Assembly (NCBI GenBank): GCA_964585835.1
Contig: CAZPFF010000006.1
Coordinates: forward strand, 1 to 24,229
Source of the DNA: an uncultured Candidatus Saccharibacteria bacterium
GTDB lineage: Bacteria > Patescibacteriota > Minisyncoccia > Phycocordibacterales > GWA1-40-21
DNA length: 24,229 nt
Direction of reading: 5' to 3'
The notes beneath the pieces are model-generated. The model ran no database searches. It was not told where the DNA came from and saw only the letters and a list, made by a program, of their open reading frames with translations. The position numbers and the translations under genes were made by a program. Shown in pieces: positions 6,971 to 15,686 of the stretch. Position 1 is the stretch's first letter. Every line of letters starts with the position of its first letter.

Positions 6971-7092
6971 TTGCCAAAAAGTGACATATGAGAAGGGGTA
7001 GGTAATTCGACTGGTTTTGATCAAGTATCAAAACAACATAATTTAAACATTTAAACCTAAAGTTCAAAATATTTTGTGCCGGAGAAATATTT

Positions 7093-7257
7093 ATGGAAAT
7101 GTTAAATATAAAAATAATAAACAAACAGTTTGGTAAAAAAGCCTTATGGCCTATAGAAGACGTGGGGAAGGATTATAGATACATGTCGCACAATATATCT
7201 TTTGCCCACTATATATCTGTAATAAGGCTAGAATCTGAGCCTGACCACTTCCCCTGA
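7093..7257 (+). pseudogene. Probable remnant of an ABC-transporter ATP-binding protein gene. Only the N-terminal ~55 codons are recognisable before the sequence decays into AT-rich non-coding DNA.
   Basis: The 54-codon ORF MEMLNIKIINKQFGKKALWPIEDVGKD... begins with the stereotyped ABC-ATPase N-terminus (ML-I-N---FGKK-AL--I---V). The expected Walker A (GPNGAGKTT-like) does not follow. A GGAG sits 9 nt upstream of the ATG. It lies inside a ~620-bp ORF-free, ~20-30% GC stretch. Confidence 0.3.
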
Positions 7258-7551
7258 TATTTTAATTAAAATTGTTTAGAAAATATTATTTTGTTGGTAA
7301 ATAGATAATTAATTGTTTTATTCTCAAATATATTTCAAAAATTTTTCTCTTCCCTGAATCTGTCTATCACTTTTTTTAAAAAATAATTTATTACACAAAT
7401 CACTGTTTTTGAAGTTTTTATCAAATCTGGTCATTTTTGCCCCTTTTGGCTATTTTGCCTATTTGGTGTCAAAATCGTCTGGTTCGAGAGGACTGTCTAG
7501 AGGTAGGTATATACCAGGGCCAAAGCCCCTTTGACCTCAAAGTTTTTGACC

Positions 7552-7592
7552 CATACAAAAAGACAGCCTCTAGATTGTCTCTAGAGGCTGTC
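7552..7592 (-). terminator. Intrinsic terminator ending the long minus-strand operon: a 13-bp perfect hairpin GACAGCCTCTAGA-ttgtc-TCTAGAGGCTGTC.
   Basis: The perfect 13-bp stem on the minus strand is followed by TTTTTGT, 10 nt downstream of the stop of the 7603-7941 gene. Confidence 0.85.
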
Positions 7593-7602
7593 AAAATATT
7601 TT

Positions 7603-7941
7603 TTAGTTAGTTGGTACCATGCTGTTGGTCTGTGGCTGGCCATTCTTTGCACCATTTAAGAAATCGTCAGTTTGCAATAAATGTATGCCCACCAGAATGC
7701 ATTTTTCCCAAACAATTTTAATCATTACATTGTCCCAAAGCCAGGCGGCTGGAGCTTGTAAGTACTTTGTCCAGAAAGCATTGATGTAAGCCCAGACATA
7801 ATTAAAGTTTTTTTGGTTTTGTTGAGATTCAACAATTGATTTAAGATCAAAACCAAGATAACTTAAAACCAGGATTGCAATAACTAGAATAATAATCAAT
7901 TTTACGAAACCACCTTGTGGATTAATTCCAAATAGATACAT
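7603..7941 (-). CDS. Hypothetical small membrane protein.
   Basis: 112 aa. A strongly hydrophobic helix (LIIILVIAILVLSYLGF) sits near the N-terminus and the C-terminal half is Trp-rich. No recognisable family. It is the last gene of the minus-strand block before the terminator. Confidence 0.5.
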   Translation of the reverse strand: MYLFGINPQGGFVKLIIILVIAILVLSYLGFDLKSIVESQQNQKNFNYVWAYINAFWTKYLQAPAAWLWDNVMIKIVWEKCILVGIHLLQTDDFLNGAKNGQPQTNSMVPTN

Positions 7942-7993
7942 ATATTTATAAATTATAGATTACCTAAACATTATATCACCTCTCCTTTCAAAA

Positions 7994-9274
7994 CTAAAGA
8001 TAAATCATTGGATCAAGATAAGCCTTCACATCAGCAATCGGCATAGTATAAGTACCTTTACAGACAGCGCTTTTCAATTGCGAGACCTTAACACCCTGTG
8101 AGGCATAAACAGACAAATGTAAATGTGGTCCAATGGAATAACCGGTATTTCCAGAATATGCAATTATATCACCAGTGTTAACTGTTTGTCCGGCAAAAAC
8201 TTTTATCAAAGACAAGTGTCCATATACAGTAGTTAAACCATTATCGTGCTTGATGAGTACCCATTTACCGTATGAAGCTCCGGGGCAGACTGTGTCAGTA
8301 TCACCTGTTCCCACAATTACTCCGCCGCGCGCCGCTTTGACAATTGAGCCGACTGGAACGCCGAAATCAACACCGTTGTGACTGCCTGATGTGTAAAGTC
8401 TGGCTGAATATGCAGTTTTGCCAAATAGCTGCGTAATTCTCACATTGTTTACCGGCCAAGATAGAACACCTTTGCCTGCAGCCGGAATACTCTTTGGATC
8501 AATAGCAATCTTTAAAGCATTTTCATAGCCAAAAAGTTCCTTCTCAAAAGCATCTTTTTTAGCCAAACGATCATCTAATAACTTTCTGTAATTCGATTCC
8601 TGGTTTTTTGTTAGCGCAAGTAGAGTACTCTGAGCCTTCTTGTTACTTTCTAAAATCTTTTGTCTATCGAGTAATTGGTTTTTAAGTGTGATAAGTTCTT
8701 TTTTCTTTTTTTCTGCTTCAGTTTTATTACCTTCTAATACAGCTTTTGTTTCTTTGACCTCTGCTGTCTGTTTTTTTAAACTATCTTGGAAACGATTAAT
8801 AACCTCAATTTTATTCCAGGTGTCTGAAATTCTCTTATCAGCCAAGAAACTCTCAAGGATTGTTTGTGACCCTTCCCTATCCATTTCTCGCAACGAAAAG
8901 GAAATTGTACCAAGGTTGGAATTAATTTTTTCTTTCTTTTGCCCAATATTATTTGTCAGTTCTTCAATCTGTAGATTTGTAGTAGATATTTTATTTTGAT
9001 TCAATTTAATATCAGTTGCAATTTTTTTACCACTTAACTCCAAAGTCTTAATAGCGTTTTGTAAGGTATCTTTCTCCTCCCCTACTGCTTTCAATTGAGT
9101 TTCGTAGGCAGCGATTTCTTTTTCTAACTGTGCTTTTGTTTGGTTGGTAGCTTCAATTTTCTGTTGTAACTCATCTATTGTGTAGGCAGATGTTTTGAAA
9201 TATGAAAAAAATGCTACTAAAATAAATAGGCATAGTAGCTGACGATTTGAATTTATTTTATAAAACCAAATCAT
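7994..9274 (-). CDS. M23-family metallo-endopeptidase with an N-terminal signal/anchor and a long coiled-coil domain (EnvC/NlpD-like murein hydrolase).
   Basis: The C-terminal LytM/M23 domain has intact HxxxD (HNGVDFG) and HxH (GPHLHLSVY) motifs plus YGKWVLIKHDNGLTTVYGHLS. The N-terminal ~250 aa are a heptad-rich coiled coil. It is immediately downstream of murG. Confidence 0.8.
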   Translation of the reverse strand: MIWFYKINSNRQLLCLFILVAFFSYFKTSAYTIDELQQKIEATNQTKAQLEKEIAAYETQLKAVGEEKDTLQNAIKTLELSGKKIATDIKLNQNKISTTNLQIEELTNNIGQKKEKINSNLGTISFSLREMDREGSQTILESFLADKRISDTWNKIEVINRFQDSLKKQTAEVKETKAVLEGNKTEAEKKKKELITLKNQLLDRQKILESNKKAQSTLLALTKNQESNYRKLLDDRLAKKDAFEKELFGYENALKIAIDPKSIPAAGKGVLSWPVNNVRITQLFGKTAYSARLYTSGSHNGVDFGVPVGSIVKAARGGVIVGTGDTDTVCPGASYGKWVLIKHDNGLTTVYGHLSLIKVFAGQTVNTGDIIAYSGNTGYSIGPHLHLSVYASQGVKVSQLKSAVCKGTYTMPIADVKAYLDPMIYL

Positions 9275-9282
9275 AATAAATT

Positions 9283-10410
9283 TTATTCTTCGTGTGATAT
9301 ACCAATACGCAAGATTTCACTAGCAATCATTTCGGACGCATCTGGTTTAGAAAACGCTTTGGCGTTCTGACTCATTTTGGCCAAGGATTCAGGTGAGCTT
9401 ATCAAGCGATTGATTTCCATGAGTAAAACATTACTAGCTAGATTTGTTTCTTCGATAACCACTGTCGCCCCTGCACGAGCATAGGCATAGGCATTTTTTC
9501 TCTGGTGATCACCATTGGAGTCAGTTATTGGAATCATAATGCTTGGACGTCCCCAATTGGCAATTTCAAAAATAGTTGAACCAGCTCTAGATATTATCAA
9601 ATCTGCTGTACTGCCTGCCATAGTTAGATTTAATGAATTTAGGTATTCAGTTGGATGATAATCATCCTTGTCTGGATTATTATCAAGGATCATGTTGGAA
9701 AGTTTGGTGACTTCATCAATGTTGTTTTTTCCAGTCTGATGAATGATTTGTACCTTAGAAATAAGCTGTGGTAAGCAATCCAATATGACATTGTTTATTT
9801 TTTGGGAACCCAATGAACCACCGAGTATAAGTAGTAATGGCTTATTTATTTTCAGTTTCAAAAAGTCACGAGCATCCATGGTCTGAGTTTGTTCAACACC
9901 AACGCGGAGTGGATTCCCAGTTAAGGCCACTTTATCTTTGTTAAAGTACTGGGCGGCTTCAGGATATGAAATCGCTACCTTTTGAGCAAATTTTCCGGCC
10001 CAGAGATTGACACGTCCAGGCACACTGTCAGACTCGTGGATTATGATTGGTATACCAAAAAATCTAGCAGCCAAGACAACCGGAAAACTATTATAAGCTC
10101 CTTTACTAAAAACTACATCTGGAAAGATAACAAAAATTTTAATTAAAGCAAAAAATACTCCCAGGGCAGTTTTAAATAGATCAACTATGTTTAATAATGA
10201 AAAATACTGGCGCACCTTGCCGGCGGTGTTGGGCACAAATTCAATCTGATTTTCATTGAGTAGATTCTGATCGTAAGGTGAATCAGACATAAAATATAAC
10301 TTCGGAGCTAAGATTTTTTGAGCTCTGGCTATTTCATTGATTTTTTCAGCTACAGCTATAATGGGGTAAAAGTGGCCACCGGAGCCTCCACCTGTAAATA
10401 AAATTTTCAT
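9283..10410 (-). CDS. murG: MurG: undecaprenyldiphospho-muramoylpentapeptide beta-N-acetylglucosaminyltransferase.
   Basis: N-terminal MKILFTGGGSGGHFYPIIAV (the G-loop of GT28). C-terminal GT-B half with GGSLGSQ. Its start overlaps the ftsW stop by 4 nt. Confidence 0.9.
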   Translation of the reverse strand: MKILFTGGGSGGHFYPIIAVAEKINEIARAQKILAPKLYFMSDSPYDQNLLNENQIEFVPNTAGKVRQYFSLLNIVDLFKTALGVFFALIKIFVIFPDVVFSKGAYNSFPVVLAARFFGIPIIIHESDSVPGRVNLWAGKFAQKVAISYPEAAQYFNKDKVALTGNPLRVGVEQTQTMDARDFLKLKINKPLLLILGGSLGSQKINNVILDCLPQLISKVQIIHQTGKNNIDEVTKLSNMILDNNPDKDDYHPTEYLNSLNLTMAGSTADLIISRAGSTIFEIANWGRPSIMIPITDSNGDHQRKNAYAYARAGATVVIEETNLASNVLLMEINRLISSPESLAKMSQNAKAFSKPDASEMIASEILRIGISHEE

Positions 10411-11513
10411 ATTTTTTTGTGTTTAATATTTTTTGAAATATTTAAAATTATACCGAGGCTTAATATAGAAAATAACAGCGACGATCCCCCTTTACTGAAA
10501 AAGATTAGTGGCAGACCTGACAGTGGCATAACACCAGTCATAGAACCAATATTAATGAATGACTGGAACATAATCATTATAACAATTCCACTGACCAAGA
10601 GTCCACTAAACATATCCCCTGTTTTACCAGCGATGAAAAAACCTCGAAAAGCTAGTAGTAAAAACAGAACAATAATTAATGTCGAACCAATTAGTCCTAG
10701 TTCTTCTGCAGCAATAGGAAAGATTGAATCACTGATTGATTCAGGTAGATTCTTAAATTTTTGAATACTCTGCCCGATGCCTTTGCCGGTTAACTGTCCA
10801 GAACCGATAGCAATTAGTGACTGATTGAGTTGGTAGCCAATACCCAATGGATCTTTTTCTGGATGCATAAAGCTGGTCAAGCGATCCATAATGTATGGCT
10901 TGTAAAAGGCTAAAAGACAAAACCCGACTGCGCCAGCCAGGAATATTAAACCGATTCTTTTCCATGGTGCGCCAGCCAAAAAATATAGAGCAAAAGTAAT
11001 TAAATATATTGAGGCCAAACCGTCCATGTCAGGTTGAAGAAAAAGCAGAATAGTAATTGGGGCTAAAATAGCAGCTAGCCAGGCCAAGCCGAACCATTTC
11101 TGAGTCAAAAATTCATTGTAATCTGCAAATAACTTGGCCAAAATAATCAGTGTTCCTAATTTTAGTAGTTCAATTGGTTGAAAGTTTACAAAGCCAAAGT
11201 TAAGCCAACGATGAGCACCATTGTAACCAAAACCTATAGGTGAAAATACAGCTGCGGTAGCCAAAAGTGCAAAACCAAAAATCCACCAGGCGTATTTTCT
11301 CATCCAGTCAAGATTTTTTAAGCCAGCTACAATTATGGCCAAAAATGAACCCGCTAGAATACCTAAAACTAGTTGCCCCCCAATAACTTTGTAGAGATTG
11401 ATATTGTCTCTGGTGGCCAAACTCATAGACGAAGATAAAAAAACGACAAAACCAAAAACAACCAAAATAATTGAAAGGAACAAAAAAGTTTTGTCTATTT
11501 TTAACCAGGACAT
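10407..11513 (-). CDS. ftsW: SEDS-family peptidoglycan polymerase, FtsW/RodA type.
   Basis: About 10 TM segments and the SEDS motifs (FQPIELLKL, PESISDSIFPIAAEELG). It sits in mraY-ftsW-murG order. Confidence 0.85.
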   Translation of the reverse strand: MSWLKIDKTFLFLSIILVVFGFVVFLSSSMSLATRDNINLYKVIGGQLVLGILAGSFLAIIVAGLKNLDWMRKYAWWIFGFALLATAAVFSPIGFGYNGAHRWLNFGFVNFQPIELLKLGTLIILAKLFADYNEFLTQKWFGLAWLAAILAPITILLFLQPDMDGLASIYLITFALYFLAGAPWKRIGLIFLAGAVGFCLLAFYKPYIMDRLTSFMHPEKDPLGIGYQLNQSLIAIGSGQLTGKGIGQSIQKFKNLPESISDSIFPIAAEELGLIGSTLIIVLFLLLAFRGFFIAGKTGDMFSGLLVSGIVIMIMFQSFINIGSMTGVMPLSGLPLIFFSKGGSSLLFSILSLGIILNISKNIKHKKI

Positions 11514-12607
11514 TATTTACTTATTAATGAAATGATGAGACCTAAACCAGCAGTCATAATACCCAACACCCAAAAACGCATGGTAACTTTGTAAGCAGGC
11601 CAGCCCTTGGCCTCAAAGTGATGATGAATTGGTGCCACTAGAAATACTTTTTTACCACCACGAAATCTCTTTGACAATGTTTGTATAACTACTGATAGAA
11701 CAGTTAGAACAAGCGGTAAAGCGATAACTGGTAATAAAAGAACACCATGTCCACCACCAAGAGAGTCAGTCATAAAGGCAACAATCGCTAGAGTAATAGT
11801 GAGGGCCATACTGCCAGTCTCAGTCATGTAAAACCTGGCTGGTGGAATATTGAACCAAAGAAATGCTAAAGTTCCTCCAGCAATAGTGGCACAAAAAGCA
11901 GATAGATCCAGTTGGTGTTGTGAAAAAGCAATCGCCGCGTAAGTGGAAAAAATAATTGTAAAAATTCCACCAGCCAAGCCATCAAGGCCATCAATAACTC
12001 CGCCTGAATATGTGGAAATTGCCACAATGATAAAAGCCGGAATTATTAGCCAACCAATTTGCAAATCGCCCCAGAATGGAATGCCAAGAGTTGTAACATC
12101 GAGTTTGGAATAGAACCACCAACCACAAAATAAACCAATCAAACCAATTACTAGTAAGCGTTTCTTTAATGATAAGCCACCAGCTTTGTAGTCTTTACTG
12201 CCACGAATCTCAAGGATATCGTCAAGAAAACCAACAAAAGCGCCAATGGCCAAAGCAAACAATGGAACCCAGGTTTGGCTACGACTTAGAAAATCTAAAC
12301 GATTTAAAAAAGTTCCAGGCATCGCCTTATCCAATAACCAGATACCAACAGTAACAATAATGACTGAAGCCCAGATAATTAGTCCTCCCAAGCGTGGGGT
12401 TTTGGTCTCTTTGTCTTTGTGTAGGCTATTAAAAATTGGTGTACCACCTCCATCAAACGCGACAGTTTTGGCACTCTTCTTCCACATTTCTTTTTTATAA
12501 AGAAAATTTGTCCAAAATGGTGTAATTAAAATACCAACAATAAAGGCAATTACCGCAGGCGTTAAGACTTTGACCACATCAAAGATTTCTAGGGCGTGAA
12601 TATTCAT
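11513..12607 (-). CDS. mraY: Phospho-N-acetylmuramoyl-pentapeptide transferase MraY.
   Basis: Motifs FLDDILEIRG, VIDGLDGLAGG (the MraY/WecA DDxxD and NxxNxxDGIDGL region), ten TM helices, and a PIHHHFE-like C-terminal motif (APIHHHFE). Confidence 0.9.
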   Translation of the reverse strand: MNIHALEIFDVVKVLTPAVIAFIVGILITPFWTNFLYKKEMWKKSAKTVAFDGGGTPIFNSLHKDKETKTPRLGGLIIWASVIIVTVGIWLLDKAMPGTFLNRLDFLSRSQTWVPLFALAIGAFVGFLDDILEIRGSKDYKAGGLSLKKRLLVIGLIGLFCGWWFYSKLDVTTLGIPFWGDLQIGWLIIPAFIIVAISTYSGGVIDGLDGLAGGIFTIIFSTYAAIAFSQHQLDLSAFCATIAGGTLAFLWFNIPPARFYMTETGSMALTITLAIVAFMTDSLGGGHGVLLLPVIALPLVLTVLSVVIQTLSKRFRGGKKVFLVAPIHHHFEAKGWPAYKVTMRFWVLGIMTAGLGLIISLISK

Positions 12608-12662
12608 ATATGTTTGTTATTATACTCGATTTTGAGCTATCTGGCAAAATCCAAGTAGCTCA

Positions 12663-13715
12663 TTATTTAACGTTATTTTGCTGATTTAAAAGCTGTTTTT
12701 GGGTAGCTTGTACTAGTTGGACAATATCGCTAAATCTTTTCATACGACCTGATCCTAAAACTGTAGCAATGACTGGGTGTGATAAACCAACATCAAAGGC
12801 TACCACCAATGTGCCACCAGCTAGGTCTGTAAAACCGGTTTTAGAAGCAATAATTGTGGGTATTTCATTTACCACCTCATTCGTATTTTTAGAGATGTGT
12901 TTAATATTGGATAGTGATGAGAAGACTGCAGCATTTTGTGATGTGGCCTCCATAATGTCGGGATAGTTTTGTATGGCATACTCCATTAGTTTAGAAATTT
13001 CCCTTGCTGTACTGTAACCACCAGATAAATTTAAATCAACATCAAGTCCCGTACTGTTATAAAATCTTGTATTTGATAAACCCATATCAACCGCCTTTTT
13101 ATTCATGAGCCGCGTAAAATTGTTCTCACTGTAGTCTCCGGCTTGATTTATGACTGAACTTACTGTGCTAGCTACGGCCATCATTCCGTCGTTTGAAGAG
13201 TTGGTTAAGCTAAAGCTAAGTAAATCATTAAGTGACCATTTCTCTTGATTGAGTAGACCAGTGTCCCCTTCTGATAATAAATTATCAGAAGATATTTTAA
13301 CAGTGGCAAATTTCGATAGATTTTCCATAGCTACAACAGTAGTCATGAGCTTGGTGATTGAGGCAATCGGTAGTACTAGGTCTCCATTTTTTTGGAATAA
13401 AACCTTTTGATTTTGGACGTCCCAAACGCATGCAGATTTAGCTTGAAGACTGAGATTGTCGTAGGCTGTGATTGGTTTTTTTTCCGGTTCTTTATTCGCT
13501 GACAAGAGACTTGGCATATAACTCCAAAATGTATTTGGCAGCTCACTTAAAATGTTCTGGTTTTTTTCATTACTATAAATTTGTTTCTTACCAACTACAC
13601 CCAAAAAGATAAAAATAATTATCAATACGGCAATTACAAAATACTTTCGAGCGTTATCTGGCTCGTTTGTTTTAATTGAATCAGCTATATCATTAAAATT
13701 ATTCTCAGGATCCAT
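12663..13715 (-). CDS. D-alanyl-D-alanine carboxypeptidase (PBP5/DacA-like, S11 peptidase), membrane-anchored.
   Basis: SxxK motif (ASITKLMT), SxN-like NSSND, and KTG motif (KTGFTDLAGG). N-terminal TM anchor. Confidence 0.8.
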   Translation of the reverse strand: MDPENNFNDIADSIKTNEPDNARKYFVIAVLIIIFIFLGVVGKKQIYSNEKNQNILSELPNTFWSYMPSLLSANKEPEKKPITAYDNLSLQAKSACVWDVQNQKVLFQKNGDLVLPIASITKLMTTVVAMENLSKFATVKISSDNLLSEGDTGLLNQEKWSLNDLLSFSLTNSSNDGMMAVASTVSSVINQAGDYSENNFTRLMNKKAVDMGLSNTRFYNSTGLDVDLNLSGGYSTAREISKLMEYAIQNYPDIMEATSQNAAVFSSLSNIKHISKNTNEVVNEIPTIIASKTGFTDLAGGTLVVAFDVGLSHPVIATVLGSGRMKRFSDIVQLVQATQKQLLNQQNNVK

Positions 13716-13729
13716 ATTTTCAAATCATC

Positions 13730-14386
13730 TTAGGCTTCTTTTGTGTCAGAAATGTCATCAACTGAACTATTCATTGCAGATTCAGAATCTTCTTTCTCCT
13801 CAATCTCGTTTAGGTCAGCCAAGCTTTGTTCTACTTTCTCATCAATTTGCTTTTCTTCTTCCTTGGATTGCTCAAAAGCCAATAGGTCATCTTTGACCGC
13901 TTGGAATTCCGGCATATCTTCTATTTTTGACAGGCCAAGATATTGGAGAAGATCAAAAGTTGGGCGATACAAGAAACTACGTTGGTCATTTGGATTCGGA
14001 ACTCTTTCAATCAGACCTCTGATAGACAGGTTACGAATAATAAAGTTGGACTGAACACCACGAATATAATCAATCTCAGCTCGAGAGATTGGGCCTTTGT
14101 AGATAATAATAGATAGAGTTTCTAGACCAGCTTTGCCAAGGTCACGAACCAATTCTTCCTTGGTGAGCTTTTCAATCAAAGCACTAGCAACTTTGGCAGT
14201 ACCTAACACCACTTCTTCATCCTTGCGAATTAGAACAATACCTCGCTCATTTAGGCTCGTTTCCAGCTTATCTATACCCTCTTTGATGGCATTTTCATCA
14301 ACGCCTAAATATTCAGCAAGTTTTGTAACTTTAACTGGTTCACCCTTCCAAAAGAGTATTGCTTCAATTTGTTGTTCTAAATTCAT
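13730..14386 (-). CDS. scpB: Segregation and condensation protein B (ScpB).
   Basis: Two winged-helix repeats (IEAILFWKGEPVKVTKLAEYLG... and LSRAEIDYIRGV...) plus an acidic C-terminal tail. It is directly downstream of scpA. Confidence 0.85.
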   Translation of the reverse strand: MNLEQQIEAILFWKGEPVKVTKLAEYLGVDENAIKEGIDKLETSLNERGIVLIRKDEEVVLGTAKVASALIEKLTKEELVRDLGKAGLETLSIIIYKGPISRAEIDYIRGVQSNFIIRNLSIRGLIERVPNPNDQRSFLYRPTFDLLQYLGLSKIEDMPEFQAVKDDLLAFEQSKEEEKQIDEKVEQSLADLNEIEEKEDSESAMNSSVDDISDTKEA

Positions 14387-14403
14387 AAAAAATTTGTAAA
14401 TTA

Positions 14404-15144
14404 TTAATTATAATGTGGTACGTCAATTTTGTGACTCTCCATTTGAATATCGTCAAAATGCTTGTCTTGGGTGACATTGATAATCCCCTGTTTGACGAGT
14501 TCAAGCATGGCCAAGAAACTGACAATTACATTTACTTTTTCTTGTTTACCAAAATTAGAAAAGTTACGGAAAGACATTTTGAAACTGGATTGAATTCTTT
14601 TGGTCAATGTATTAATAGTGTCTTCCAATGAAATAACTTTTTTAACTAGAAGTTTTGGTAGTTTTTCTTTCTTGGGTAAATTAGTCAAAACTACTTTAAT
14701 CGCTAAAGCTAAATTAGAGACAGTCATAGATTCGTCTGGTGAAAAAACAGGTACGGATTTTCTTGGTCTGGCTGGGAAAATTATTTCTTGACCAAATAGG
14801 TTTTTTATATTGATAGAGGCTTCACGCATGCGTTGATAAATTCTCAATCTCTTTTCCAGATCGTCAATATTGGTTTTCTCTTCTTCGTTTAAGGCTAGTT
14901 GTGGTAAGAGAGATTTTGATTTAATGAGAAGTAGTGTTGAGGCAATCAAAATAAAGTTAGCACTATCAGCAATCGGAAAACTTTCTGCCTGACCTAAATG
15001 TGCGACATAATCATCAGCTACTTTGGCTAGTGAAATATCATTGATAAAAAGTTTGCGCTTTTCAATCAATGATAAAAGCAAGTCGAGAGGCCCCTCGAAT
15101 TGCTCAGTTTTAACTTTATAAACAGTGCCTGCGGTGTCAGTCAT
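14404..15144 (-). CDS. scpA: Segregation and condensation protein A (ScpA, kleisin).
   Basis: N-terminal FEGPLDLLLSLIEKRKLFINDISLAKVADDY is the ScpA signature. 246 aa. Confidence 0.85.
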   Translation of the reverse strand: MTDTAGTVYKVKTEQFEGPLDLLLSLIEKRKLFINDISLAKVADDYVAHLGQAESFPIADSANFILIASTLLLIKSKSLLPQLALNEEEKTNIDDLEKRLRIYQRMREASINIKNLFGQEIIFPARPRKSVPVFSPDESMTVSNLALAIKVVLTNLPKKEKLPKLLVKKVISLEDTINTLTKRIQSSFKMSFRNFSNFGKQEKVNVIVSFLAMLELVKQGIINVTQDKHFDDIQMESHKIDVPHYN

Positions 15145-15187
15145 TACCTCTATATTTTCTCATATTATCTGTATTATTTCCAGTGTA

Positions 15188-15220
15188 TAACAAAACCGCC
15201 TTTGGAGCGGTTTTGTTATT
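15188..15220 (-). terminator. Intrinsic terminator after the aspS-HIT transcription unit.
   Basis: Sequence AAAACCGC-ctttgga-GCGGTTTT. An 8-bp stem with flanking A- and T-runs, located between the HIT stop (15223) and the scpA promoter region. Confidence 0.7.
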
Positions 15221-15222
15221 AT

Positions 15223-15684
15223 TTAGCCTAGATTGGCTTCTATCTTTTTTAGAGTTCCTACTCTTTGTTCCGTGGTTGTTTCGGGGCCTAGTTGAGTAGT
15301 TATGTAGCCAGTGTATTTATCAAAGAAGACTCTGTCATTGGCCCACATTTCCTCAAATTTGCTGTTTAAACCGTGTATTGGGTACAATTTGATATGAACA
15401 TGGTTCACACCCAAGCCTTCCATAACAATAGCCACCCTTTTAACCTTTAAACCTTTTTCCAATAATTTTGCTACTTGTTTGGCATAAAGCATCAAGTCAG
15501 AATATTCTTGGTCTGGCATATCGGTAGCATCACTGTCAAAATGGTCTTTAGTAGTCACCAGGGTCATGCCCTCGGTATTTGGATTCAAGTCCAAAAAGGC
15601 CAAATGTTTTGCATCTTCAAGAACCTTAACACAAGGTATTTTACCGTCAGCAATTTTACAAAATATGCAGTCTTCTTTTTTCAT
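15223..15684 (-). CDS. HIT-family (histidine triad) nucleotide hydrolase.
   Basis: HVHIKLYP is the HxHxHxx histidine-triad motif. The N-terminal CIFCKI zinc-ribbon-like motif is typical of Hint/HIT proteins. It lies 3 nt after aspS. Confidence 0.8.
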   Translation of the reverse strand: MKKEDCIFCKIADGKIPCVKVLEDAKHLAFLDLNPNTEGMTLVTTKDHFDSDATDMPDQEYSDLMLYAKQVAKLLEKGLKVKRVAIVMEGLGVNHVHIKLYPIHGLNSKFEEMWANDRVFFDKYTGYITTQLGPETTTEQRVGTLKKIEANLG

Positions 15685-15686
15685 AA

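Noticed and set aside
7490-7592. Repeated GTCTAGAGG / CCTCTAGAC motifs suggested a possible transposon terminal inverted repeat
   Set aside because: The repeats resolve into one perfect 13-bp hairpin followed by a T-run on the minus strand, immediately after a gene stop. This is a standard intrinsic terminator. No transposase or second distant TIR is present.
8640-8999. A 119-aa plus-strand ORF antisense to the M23 peptidase coiled-coil region
   Set aside because: It is Phe/Ser/Leu-rich low-complexity sequence from the antisense of an AT-rich, Lys/Glu-rich coiled-coil coding region. It is a typical shadow ORF.
12169-12500. Plus-strand ORFs of 61 and 84 aa inside mraY
   Set aside because: They are antisense to a well-supported membrane-protein gene and have no independent signals.
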